Of a DNA stretch of 64,000 bases, positions 55,347 to 64,000 are shown in pieces; positions within the stretch are counted from its first letter, which is position 1; each line of letters begins with the position of its first letter. Source of the stretch: a virus. The notes under the pieces were generated by a model, which was not told the DNA's origin, searched no databases, and worked only from the letters and a program-made list of their open reading frames with translations. Both the position numbers and the translations under genes were made by a program. The DNA is taken from IMG/VR virus record IMGVR_UViG_3300007734_000755, positions 50,838 to 114,837 of that record. The stretch is one strand, 5' to 3'.

Positions 55347-55955
55347 TTAAACCCTATAAAGAATGCCGTAAGCGGTTTGATAAACGTTTACGTTTCCTTT
55401 TCGTGCCTTTTGCGGGATCTCTCCCAGTTCAGTAGTTTCTTCTTCATCTGGGTTGACATACATATCCTCGACACTTTCTTCATAGTTTTCAGCTACATTT
55501 ATGAATTCGTTTTCCTTATCCATAAATCTCTTAGTAAGAAGCAATATGACTTGCAATACATCTATTTTGTTGTTTGGAGGATAGAACGATTCTAGAGAAT
55601 TTAGAATAACCCCACTTCTTGTTGTCCCTCTTACAAGGGCTCCCTTTTCATCAAGAAATCTAAAATATCTATCCTGTGCAGGATAGGAATCAAAGGCAGA
55701 GTCTTCCTTTGGAACCGTGAATATCTTATTCTTAGTTGGAATTATAATAATATCCATTGATGGGTGGTCATAAATAACAATATTGTTGTCAAGTGTTTTT
55801 CTTATTTTTAGTTTTATCTTAATTAATCTATCACCAAATACAATCTTTAATCCATCTTTTTCATCTGGTTGTGACGAAGAAATATCTCCCAATGAAGCAG
55901 CATTCATTCCAGCGGCATCTATTTCCTTGTCTGTTATGGTAATAGTTATTGCCAT
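55347..55955 (-). CDS. hypothetical head-module protein
   Basis: ORF in the portal operon. Confidence 0.6.
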   Translation of the reverse strand: MAITITITDKEIDAAGMNAASLGDISSSQPDEKDGLKIVFGDRLIKIKLKIRKTLDNNIVIYDHPSMDIIIIPTKNKIFTVPKEDSAFDSYPAQDRYFRFLDEKGALVRGTTRSGVILNSLESFYPPNNKIDVLQVILLLTKRFMDKENEFINVAENYEESVEDMYVNPDEEETTELGEIPQKARKGNVNVYQTAYGILYRV

Positions 55956-55958
55956 TCG

Positions 55959-56777
55959 TTAATTCTCTATCTCGTGTATTAGTTTTTGGAACTTAAGGAC
56001 CTTCTGAAGGAAGGATTCGTCTATCTCTTCTTCCTTCATCTTTTCAAATTTTATTTTTACTTCTGCGAGCTTCTTGAGAATTTCCTTGTCTTCCTTCGCT
56101 TCTGCTATTTTGTGAGCATTTGAAAGACTTGTTGAAATAACACCAAGCTCGTCATTCATAAAAACCAAGAAATCGGCATTGTCCTCTCCGCTCGATATCA
56201 TAAATTTTTTCAGCAAGATTTTTTGATTTTCTAAAAGACCGGAATATTTTTTGTTAAATGAATTGAGAAAACTATGAATTACGTATTTATCGATCTTTTC
56301 CGCATTTTCTTCGATAGTCTCCCTGGGTGAGGACATTTTCATAATGATTTGTCTCTCCATCAACATTCTTGTTGGAATGTCTCCCTTCTTATTAAAAATT
56401 TGATGTATAGTTGCTACATCCTTGTAGTTCGGAACATAATTTGAAAAAAAGTTTGGCGTCAGTTTTCTATTGATTTTTGCTATCATAGAACTCTGCTGTT
56501 GAAATATGTGTTTTTGATTAAGTCCTGCAAACATAATCTTGGCCTCTTCAAGAATTTTTTCTGCCAGTTCCTTGTCTGAGTTCCGAGTATCTAAAATTGT
56601 TCTATATAATTTCAATTCCTCTCGAAGAACCTTCCCCTCACCAAAATACTCCACAAAGAGAGACTTTACTTCGTTAACACGAAGTTCGTCTTTATCGAGT
56701 TTTGCTCTTGTATATTCTCTAACAAGAGCCTCGTATAAAAACAAGGTATTTCTTTTTTTATTGTGGGATATTTTCAT
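55959..56777 (-). CDS. hypothetical head-module protein
   Basis: HNKKRNT..LYEAL start; directly after the portal gene. Confidence 0.6.
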   Translation of the reverse strand: MKISHNKKRNTLFLYEALVREYTRAKLDKDELRVNEVKSLFVEYFGEGKVLREELKLYRTILDTRNSDKELAEKILEEAKIMFAGLNQKHIFQQQSSMIAKINRKLTPNFFSNYVPNYKDVATIHQIFNKKGDIPTRMLMERQIIMKMSSPRETIEENAEKIDKYVIHSFLNSFNKKYSGLLENQKILLKKFMISSGEDNADFLVFMNDELGVISTSLSNAHKIAEAKEDKEILKKLAEVKIKFEKMKEEEIDESFLQKVLKFQKLIHEIEN

Positions 56778-56780
56778 GTT

Positions 56781-58811
56781 TTACTTTTCCATTAAAGATT
56801 TAATGTCTTGGTCAAGTTTATTTAATTCTTCTTCGACACTCTTGTTATAATTAGTGTCCATTGACTCAGCAATACCCTTTGCAAGTCTGTCTGCTGTAAC
56901 ATATCCGTGTCCGAAAATGTTTCTCTTAGAATTTGATCCGAAGGAATCACCGCCAAGAGCGTTCATGTGTCTCTTTCTTGGTCCGCCGTCCTCTCTCTTG
57001 TCTGTAATTGGAGGAGTGTGTCTCTTTCCTTTCGAACCTGCGGTTACATACGATCCGTCTGCGTATTCTACCCTAACAGCACCACTCTTATTTCTTCTGA
57101 CAGCGTTATAATCTCTCTTGGCTGGAGCCTCCGCTGGCGGCATGGCCAGCAACGGTGTTCCACCCTCCTCTCCAGCCTTTGGCTCTCCTCCACCAGCAGG
57201 AGTCGCCCCCTCCTCTCCCGGAGCCGCTGGGGCTAGCGCATTTCCTAGCCCGCCTGGTGTCATGGGAAGTTCAGACTCGGAGCCGCCAGTTGGTTCTTCT
57301 CCTCCGAGATCTGCTCCTCCGACTCCACTAACACCACTCATGTCACTGGCGGTTGAGACGTCCTGAGCAGAGGCTTCAATGGCCGCATCAACTCTCTTGT
57401 CATAAAATCTTTGTCTTTCCATCTTCTCTAGTTCTTCATCAGAGAAGCCGAAGATATTCTTCGAAATCCATTGTCTTGAGAAGAAATTTTGTCCAGCAGC
57501 AGAAGCCGCTACATCTAGCTTACTCTTAAGGCCTTCCAGTTCTTGCATTTGGGCTATCTTTGAAGGATTGTTTAAAGATAATTTAAACGAAGTGAGGTCA
57601 TCTCCTCTAAATCCTAGCGTATAAAGATGAACCATCCCGATTTTTTCCATCTCTGTTAACATTGCTCTCTGTAACCTCTGTACTGTTCTTGCAAACCTTA
57701 CGTCCTTCTGGGCCAGTGTAGACTTGTCATCTCTCTCTCCATCTGATTGTGAGAGATAAGCCTTGGGTATTTTTATTGCAGAAAACAACTTGTCCTTAAG
57801 ATACTTGATATCATCGATAGAGTCGATTCCCTTTTGACCAGCAAGAGGTTCTATCGTTGAATTAGATCCGGCTCTTACTGGGAGGTAATAATCTTCTTCA
57901 ACACTCATCGGATTATATCTTAGGTCTACTTGTCCCGACTCATCATTGACGACCTGGTGCCTCTTCATCTGGGTCATTACTTTTTGCATATATTGCTCAA
58001 CATCCTCCGGAGGAATTCCAGTAACGTCGATCTTAAACACCTTCCTGTCTGGTGCCCTGATAACTCTGGATGCCATCATTGCATCCTCAACCAACACGAG
58101 TTGTCTCCAAATTCTTCTCGCCGGATCCAAGACGGATGTTCCATACGGGCAGTATTTATCATTGCCGAGGACTCTAAAATGAGCAACCTGCCAGTTTTCG
58201 AACGTTAGTCCGCCGGCATTCCACTGAAATTGAATGTAGTTAGGGTTTGTTGCATCTTCTCCCTCTAGTCTTTCAATTTCTGCTGAGGGTAATCCAATAC
58301 CAGATTTGACTCCCATTGTTTCATCGGTGTCAAGATACAGAAAAAAATCTCCATACTTACACATGGTTCTTGCCCAGTTAAATAAGTTTGATTCTATGCT
58401 AAGAACTTTATAGAACAGGACATCTAAGATATTTTTTATTTCTTCATTTCTACAATCAATCTTTAGAACCTTTGAAACCTCTGTAAACGTGGTCATCTCA
58501 TCTGCGTAAATGTCTAGACAAGAAGCGAGCTCTGGAGCAAACTCCATCTGCTCAAAGTCAACATACCTCTGGGCGCGGCTCTGAATAGCCATATTCCCAG
58601 ATCTAAGAGAGTCAAACGGGTTATATGTGTTTTTCTTATAGGATAAACCACCAAGAGAATTAAACTTACTGGCATATTTATCTAGTTCATATTTCTTCTC
58701 CTTGGTTGGCCTTTGCGCCCGAAAGTTTATGATCGGGCCAGAAAAAATCTTAGTTAGTCTCTTAAAGAGAGGATTAGCGTTGTTCTTTGGATTGTTATTG
58801 CGATCTGCCAT
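56781..58811 (-). CDS. portal protein (T4 gp20-like)
   Basis: L..EDAM...R..RAPDRKVF.ID.G.IP, EDYYLP.R, DI.YL..KL..A.KIP. Confidence 0.95.
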   Translation of the reverse strand: MADRNNNPKNNANPLFKRLTKIFSGPIINFRAQRPTKEKKYELDKYASKFNSLGGLSYKKNTYNPFDSLRSGNMAIQSRAQRYVDFEQMEFAPELASCLDIYADEMTTFTEVSKVLKIDCRNEEIKNILDVLFYKVLSIESNLFNWARTMCKYGDFFLYLDTDETMGVKSGIGLPSAEIERLEGEDATNPNYIQFQWNAGGLTFENWQVAHFRVLGNDKYCPYGTSVLDPARRIWRQLVLVEDAMMASRVIRAPDRKVFKIDVTGIPPEDVEQYMQKVMTQMKRHQVVNDESGQVDLRYNPMSVEEDYYLPVRAGSNSTIEPLAGQKGIDSIDDIKYLKDKLFSAIKIPKAYLSQSDGERDDKSTLAQKDVRFARTVQRLQRAMLTEMEKIGMVHLYTLGFRGDDLTSFKLSLNNPSKIAQMQELEGLKSKLDVAASAAGQNFFSRQWISKNIFGFSDEELEKMERQRFYDKRVDAAIEASAQDVSTASDMSGVSGVGGADLGGEEPTGGSESELPMTPGGLGNALAPAAPGEEGATPAGGGEPKAGEEGGTPLLAMPPAEAPAKRDYNAVRRNKSGAVRVEYADGSYVTAGSKGKRHTPPITDKREDGGPRKRHMNALGGDSFGSNSKRNIFGHGYVTADRLAKGIAESMDTNYNKSVEEELNKLDQDIKSLMEK

Positions 58812-58820
58812 TTTTATTTC

Positions 58821-60404
58821 CTACTTTAGAAGCCAAGAATATTCTCTTGAATTTGTATAAGCTTCTGACCATCTCTTTCGCTTTTCTGCCGAAACATTTT
58901 GTGACATTCCAGGAATTGTTGTATCAATGGTTCTTGAATTAGTCTTGATAGAATTAATTAGAGCCTTTCTATATTCTACATCTCTTTGTGAGATTATTAA
59001 AGCTCCCTCGTGAACCCAACAAGAAATTGCACAACTCATGACTAGATCGTCATTATAACCCTTCATCGCTTCCGCCTTGCCGTTGTTCCACACGAAGGTT
59101 TTTAATTCATCTACCAACCTTTCTGAATTTATTTTTATTTGTCCGGTTCTAATAAACTCGTCTAATTTCACAATAGCAAGAGATCTCATTTTTTGGTTTG
59201 TTGTAAAACCAGGAATCGCAGTCGGATCGTAGGTGGCCTCAACCGGCTCAATAAAATCTGAACTGCCTCGCTTGTGATGATATATCGCCGGATGGTTTGT
59301 TGCCTTAAGTTTTTCTAGGACCCCATAGCCATATGTGTTGTTCTCTACAATAATAAGACAGAAACCATATTCCTTAGACGTGCTATAGAGAAGATCGGCA
59401 TATAGTTCTGGGGTAATTTTACCCTTATATTCCGCTACCTGTTCCATAGAATCAACATCAAAGACGTGGAATGCCGAACTGTCTTCGGCATCTCCTCTCG
59501 CCACATCGGCGGCCAATAAATATCTTTTGTTTTGCTCTGGCTCTTTAAATATCCAAATATTGTTATCTATGCCAGCTTTTCTTATTGGCTTGATCGTACA
59601 GTCTCGGATCTTTTGAATCACATCTCCATCAATAAGAGTATTGCCGGAAAAGTTAAATGAACATTCTAATTCTTGAGCTATTGCCTTTGGGCTCATGTTT
59701 TTTGATTCACCATCGAACCACTTCTTGTCTCGACCTGGGTGAACGTCCCAATTTAACTTGATTGGGTTAAAATCATTAACGCCTGTTTCAGCATCAATAA
59801 AGGTCTTGTGAAACCAGTTTCCAACCCCCTTTGGAGTAGACACCACTATACAACGACCACCAGTGGAGATGGTGGGATAAATACCGGCCCACATTTCTTC
59901 CATACCCTGAATTATTCCAGCCTCATCAACAACAAGTAATGATAGAGCCTCAGAACGACCAGAGTCTCCTGTGGTAGATGCCGCCTTAATCCAAGATCCA
60001 TTATTTAGTTCAAAAGTGTTTTTGTTGTCACCCTCAATTTTTGCAATCTTGATCCACTCGGGAAGATTTTTATACATTCCCTTGACTTTTCTGACCATTC
60101 CGACCGCAACGTTTAGCTGAGTGGCTACGGAGAGAATCGACTTCTCTCTATGAAATAGCATCATCCATAGAACGAAGCCTGCCACTGACGTTGAGAGACC
60201 AAGTTGACGGGCCTTTAGAACTATATTAAACCTATAATCTTGGAATTGTTTTATACAGTTTTCTTGAAACGGATAAAGCTTGAAATCAAGTAGCCCTTCC
60301 ATAGGATGGGAAATTTTAACAAAGTTGTTTATAAAGTAGACTGGATCTTTTCCACATCTAATAATTTCTTTAACAATTTCCTTCTTTGTTAACTGATAGG
60401 TCAT
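58821..60404 (-). CDS. terminase large subunit (T4 gp17-like)
   Basis: DPVYFI, KARQLGLST, LVVDEAG, STPKG, ADVARG, NDDLVMS. Confidence 0.95.
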   Translation of the reverse strand: MTYQLTKKEIVKEIIRCGKDPVYFINNFVKISHPMEGLLDFKLYPFQENCIKQFQDYRFNIVLKARQLGLSTSVAGFVLWMMLFHREKSILSVATQLNVAVGMVRKVKGMYKNLPEWIKIAKIEGDNKNTFELNNGSWIKAASTTGDSGRSEALSLLVVDEAGIIQGMEEMWAGIYPTISTGGRCIVVSTPKGVGNWFHKTFIDAETGVNDFNPIKLNWDVHPGRDKKWFDGESKNMSPKAIAQELECSFNFSGNTLIDGDVIQKIRDCTIKPIRKAGIDNNIWIFKEPEQNKRYLLAADVARGDAEDSSAFHVFDVDSMEQVAEYKGKITPELYADLLYSTSKEYGFCLIIVENNTYGYGVLEKLKATNHPAIYHHKRGSSDFIEPVEATYDPTAIPGFTTNQKMRSLAIVKLDEFIRTGQIKINSERLVDELKTFVWNNGKAEAMKGYNDDLVMSCAISCWVHEGALIISQRDVEYRKALINSIKTNSRTIDTTIPGMSQNVSAEKRKRWSEAYTNSREYSWLLK

Positions 60405-60991
60405 GCAATTCTTTTCGGTGTTGCTTCAGCCTTCTTCTTGTTCTTTAGAACGTCCTTGTGATATTTTTCATACTGATCGATTATTTCGCTCTTATATTCT
60501 TCTGGCTCTGGTATCCCAGTTAGCTCGTATGACTTATGTGCCGTTATCGAAGTTCTAACTCTAGAAATTGGTTGAATCAACACGTCGAAATCCTTAACAC
60601 TCTTTCCGCTCTTTGTTTCTCTCTTGAGTTCCTTTACAGCCAACGTCTTTCCTGTGGTCTTCTTAAACTGCTTCTTAATAAAGGCCAAACACTTCTCAAT
60701 CATATCTTCAATCTCGCCCTCAAACTTTGAAGGTCCCATCTTGGAAATCTCATGTAGGGAGAGTTCAACATGATAATTGATCGTTAGTTTTCTTCCGCCA
60801 ACCTTAACTCCAAACCCGTCCATAATTCTCTTGTCAACAAGAGGATTCCCTTCTTCCCTACGAAGACCGATCTTGTTATCTTCATCTTCATTATAGGTCG
60901 GACCATCATAGGCCAACGATGCCGCCTTGTAGATTCCTCTAACAATTTCATAGATATCATTTTGAATATCGTTATTTACTATTTCGGCCAT
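60401..60991 (-). CDS. hypothetical protein
   Basis: Coupled to the terminase gene. Confidence 0.6.
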   Translation of the reverse strand: MAEIVNNDIQNDIYEIVRGIYKAASLAYDGPTYNEDEDNKIGLRREEGNPLVDKRIMDGFGVKVGGRKLTINYHVELSLHEISKMGPSKFEGEIEDMIEKCLAFIKKQFKKTTGKTLAVKELKRETKSGKSVKDFDVLIQPISRVRTSITAHKSYELTGIPEPEEYKSEIIDQYEKYHKDVLKNKKKAEATPKRIA

Positions 60992-61337
60992 TTGTTGTTC
61001 TTCCTTCTATTTTCAAGATGTAACACCTAAAACAGGAATTAAATTTCTGCATATAAATTTCATCTTCTGACTTGTATGCCTGTTTGTTGCACAATAAACA
61101 ATTTTTGAAATTGTTCTTATTAACTAGCTTTTCCTTCATTATAAACCCACCCTGATCAACACATTGTTCGTGTGGTTGTTGTCTATAGTATTTCTCTACA
61201 GATCTAACTTGATCAAGATAGACTTTTTCTTTTTCGGGAGTCCAAAGGTCTGATGGGTTTAATATGGCCTGTTGCCCATATTTTTCTTCAATAGCCTTCT
61301 CTAGGGCCGAAATTTGTTTATAATCATAATTCGGCAT
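60972..61337 (-). CDS. hypothetical Zn-finger protein
   Basis: CLLC...CFRC; start revised to ATG 61337 (MPNYDY) after AAGGA. Confidence 0.6.
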   Translation of the reverse strand: MPNYDYKQISALEKAIEEKYGQQAILNPSDLWTPEKEKVYLDQVRSVEKYYRQQPHEQCVDQGGFIMKEKLVNKNNFKNCLLCNKQAYKSEDEIYMQKFNSCFRCYILKIEGRTTNGRNSK

Positions 61338-61344
61338 CAGTTCC

Positions 61345-61500
61345 TTACTTCTTTGGTTCTTGCGCGCCCTTACGGACCTTCTCGCTCCAACCCTTAGTGT
61401 TGGGGTCGCCTGGCTTCGGCCAATTATGGCCTTTTCCGCCGGGAGCTTGAGTAAATGGAGCAACCTTTCCTGGTCCGCTTCCTTTCTGTTGTTCTGCCAT
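61345..61500 (-). CDS. unannotated 51-aa Gly/Pro/Lys-rich late protein
   Basis: MAEQQKGSGPGKVAPFTQAPGGKGHNWPKPGDPNTKGWSEKVRKGAQEPKK; AGGAGG SD; ACTATTTA at 61526-61533. Confidence 0.7.
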   Translation of the reverse strand: MAEQQKGSGPGKVAPFTQAPGGKGHNWPKPGDPNTKGWSEKVRKGAQEPKK

Positions 61501-61539
61501 AATAAATCCTCCTAAGATTGTGTAGTAAATAGTGTTAAA

Positions 61540-61998
61540 TTACTTAAACTTCTCGTATAAATAGATTGAACCGCCGCCAATGATGGCTCCAATTGCTATC
61601 CCTATTGTCATCCACAATTTAGAGTTGTCATCTCGAATCACTATAGGCGGCCTTTGTTTGTTCAAGAGATCAAGGAGTCCCTTCTTCTCTTTGTCACAGT
61701 TGGCTAGAGATAGATTCAATATATTGATCTGCGAGTCAGAAAAAGTCTTTTGTTGTGATTTCTCCAGGAGACATTTTTCTGCATCTCTCTTGGTACGAAA
61801 TTCTTCCTTTGTTTGGCAACTAGCGTTTGTGTATTCTAGTTCTGCTTGAATAACTGCGTCTGCCTGATAATTATACAGTATTCCATCATAGGGAGATTCT
61901 TCCCCCTTCTTTATGGGGTACACGCAGGGTCCCAACGGTTGTTGTCCGAATGCCGTGACTGGAATTATCAAAAGCAAAAGAAAAGCCATTACTTTCAT
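61540..61998 (-). CDS. exported coiled-coil protein with C-terminal TM (spanin-like candidate)
   Basis: Signal peptide, coiled coil, C-terminal Gly-rich TM. Confidence 0.45.
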   Translation of the reverse strand: MKVMAFLLLLIIPVTAFGQQPLGPCVYPIKKGEESPYDGILYNYQADAVIQAELEYTNASCQTKEEFRTKRDAEKCLLEKSQQKTFSDSQINILNLSLANCDKEKKGLLDLLNKQRPPIVIRDDNSKLWMTIGIAIGAIIGGGSIYLYEKFK

Positions 61999-62447
61999 TT
62001 TGGGATGTCCTTCTTATAGACTTCAATCCCAAACCTCTTGTAAATGTCTTCGGCTCTAGAATCGGGATTTTTTGTGATGGATTTTGTTAAAGAAGTAATC
62101 CTAGCAGTCTTAGAGGTTTTAATCTCCTCGAACGCCTTGAGCTCCTCGCTGTTTAATATCTCTATCCTCTGATTATAAATATCCATTTCAGATTTTAGAG
62201 CTTCTTCTGTTTCCCTGCCGACTCTTTGGACTTCTTGAACGAATTTAGAATTATCGGCTTCGTTCTTAGATAGAAGTGATATTAGTTCTTGTGAAAATTT
62301 TAATTGAGATTCCTCAGATTGCTTCAGGTATTGGAGTCTCGTATCCGATTCGTTGGTTGAAAAATGCTTATACATCAAAACGATTAACACAACCAATAAT
62401 ACGTTTAATATATATGACCAATATTTTTTTGCAAAAATTAAGAACAT
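61995..62447 (-). CDS. N-terminal TM coiled-coil protein (i-spanin-like candidate)
   Basis: TM then coiled coil; ACTAGTTA at 62467-62474. Confidence 0.45.
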   Translation of the reverse strand: MFLIFAKKYWSYILNVLLVVLIVLMYKHFSTNESDTRLQYLKQSEESQLKFSQELISLLSKNEADNSKFVQEVQRVGRETEEALKSEMDIYNQRIEILNSEELKAFEEIKTSKTARITSLTKSITKNPDSRAEDIYKRFGIEVYKKDIPK

Positions 62448-62469
62448 AAAGATATACTCCCTATGTTAA

Positions 62470-63999
62470 CTAGTTTACGGAGGCAAACCCGTCCTCGTTC
62501 TTTTGGACTTCAATTATTTTATCCACAGAATCTTTCAATGTTTCAAGGTGGGTAACGAGCAGAACGACCTTGAATTCACTCTTAATCATGTCAAGAACTC
62601 TAACAAACCCCTCCAGATGTTCAGCGTCTAGCGACGTTGCCGGTTCATCCAGGATAAAGATATCGCTAACCGGAAGGCTTCCACATTTGACCAGTGCCAA
62701 CCGTATCGCCATAGCAACAAGAGATTTTTCTGCGCCAGAGCAATTTTCTATTGATCTAGATAAATATCCGGGATGACTAATATAAATTTCTAATTTTCCA
62801 TCTTCATTTTCAAAATTTGCTTCAAAATCAACAACGTTGCACAACAACTTGTTGATTTCTTCGTTTATGATCGGAAGACTCTTCTTTATCAACTCAAAAG
62901 GGATCCCGTTATTGTGAACACATTTTAGGAATAATTCATATACAGAATATTCTTTATTTAATCTTTCCAGTTCTGCCTTTTGCTCCTCAAGTCCAAGTAT
63001 GATCTGTTCTGTGGCGGCAACTTTTTTTATTGCCTCTAATTTATCCCTCACGCCAGCAGCTATGTGCTGATTAATTATTTTAATTTCATCCTCAACGGCT
63101 AGTTTGTTCTCTCTCAGTTCATTGATATTCTCATAGAATTCCCTACTATCTTCATATTTTTTTAGGTTATTATTGATAATATTCAAGTTGTCTATATGCT
63201 TTCTTAAATTTTCGTTTTCTTCATTGAGAATTAATTTATACTTGAGAAGAAGAATTTCCGATTCGGCAATAGTATCCTTAAGGGAAGTAAATGAATTTAA
63301 TTTACTCTGTGCGTTATGAGACCTGAGGGTTTCTATTTCTTCTGTCATTTTTTCTAATTCTTGCTGTAAGGCTAAGAATTCGCTCTTGATAGTAATTGAT
63401 AGTTTTTGTGACTCTAGGGCACTTTTCTTGAAGGAACAGTCGTTGAATTGTGATGTTCCGCAGGAGGCGAGCTTTATCTTTTCACGATTCTTATTATGCA
63501 TGTCCAAATCTTTCCTTTTGGATGAAATATTAAAAGATAAAATACTATATTGTGAAACCAGAGCAGCTTCTTTATTTTTTATATCTAGTAGCCACTCGAC
63601 ATCGATTAATGATTTCTCTTGTTCTAATAAATCAAGAGAGTCTGTTCGTCTTTCTATACTCAATTCCTGTCTACTAATTTCAGCATGGCATTTCTCTACC
63701 AGATCTTCAAAATAAGACTTTTTTCGCTCCAGATCTTTAAGGTTTATATTAATATCTACCTTTGTAATTCCATCGTCTAGTCTTTGGACTTCCAACATCT
63801 TCTCATCTCGGGCTTTCTTTAAACTCTCCATGTTCTCTTCGATCTCATGGAGATTAACATCTAAAATTTCTTTTTTTGTTACAGCTTCGAACAGCAACTT
63901 AGAATAATCCTTAACTTGAAGTTTTTTGATTAAAGACTTTAATTCATTCGCTTCTTGATTAGCCGGCTTGTGTTTTCTTTCAAATACTTGTAGATCCAG
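62470..63999 (-). CDS. SbcC/Rad50 (T4 gp46-like) ATPase, 5' truncated by the window
   Basis: Coiled coil, CSGAEK signature, FILDEP, VTH; frame open to the window edge. Confidence 0.9.
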   Translation of the reverse strand: MDLQVFERKHKPANQEANELKSLIKKLQVKDYSKLLFEAVTKKEILDVNLHEIEENMESLKKARDEKMLEVQRLDDGITKVDININLKDLERKKSYFEDLVEKCHAEISRQELSIERRTDSLDLLEQEKSLIDVEWLLDIKNKEAALVSQYSILSFNISSKRKDLDMHNKNREKIKLASCGTSQFNDCSFKKSALESQKLSITIKSEFLALQQELEKMTEEIETLRSHNAQSKLNSFTSLKDTIAESEILLLKYKLILNEENENLRKHIDNLNIINNNLKKYEDSREFYENINELRENKLAVEDEIKIINQHIAAGVRDKLEAIKKVAATEQIILGLEEQKAELERLNKEYSVYELFLKCVHNNGIPFELIKKSLPIINEEINKLLCNVVDFEANFENEDGKLEIYISHPGYLSRSIENCSGAEKSLVAMAIRLALVKCGSLPVSDIFILDEPATSLDAEHLEGFVRVLDMIKSEFKVVLLVTHLETLKDSVDKIIEVQKNEDGFASVN

Positions 64000-64000
64000 G

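Noticed and set aside
1-64000. Stop-codon reassignment, introns or inteins
   Set aside because: Core genes (dnaE, nrdJ, terminase, capsid, helicase) are intact at expected lengths in the standard code, and all three stops are used

Overview
A gene-dense, AT-rich 64 kb segment of a large T4-like (myovirus) phage genome, with essentially all real genes on the minus strand. 27.5-62.5 kb is a head-neck-tail morphogenesis module: terminase, portal, prohead protease, phage-encoded ribosomal protein bS21, scaffold, gp23-like major capsid, neck, sheath, two tube-like genes, a frameshifted tail chaperone and a tape measure. 0-27.5 kb holds replication and nucleotide genes: DnaE, a minimal PolA-like gene, a divergent tubulin/FtsZ-like gene, gp32 SSB, RecA/UvsX, flap nuclease, helicase, class II RNR, ThyX, dUTPase, PurA and IMPDH/GMPR. 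An SbcC/gp46 gene runs off the right edge. Structure the ORF list does not show: (i) a CTANTTA element 19-34 nt upstream of 13 late-type genes; (ii) sigma70 promoters that restart transcription right after each scattered late 'island'; (iii) a shared N-terminal L-x-x-I-I-x-E-E-I-x-x-V-L-x-E leader on unrelated cargo proteins, a candidate capsid-addressing system; (iv) a tandem array of four divergent small paralogues; (v) a structured GC-rich intergenic element; (vi) a Myxococcota-style lipoprotein moron; (vii) a high-GC foreign gene. All product calls come from motif recognition by eye; no database searches were run.
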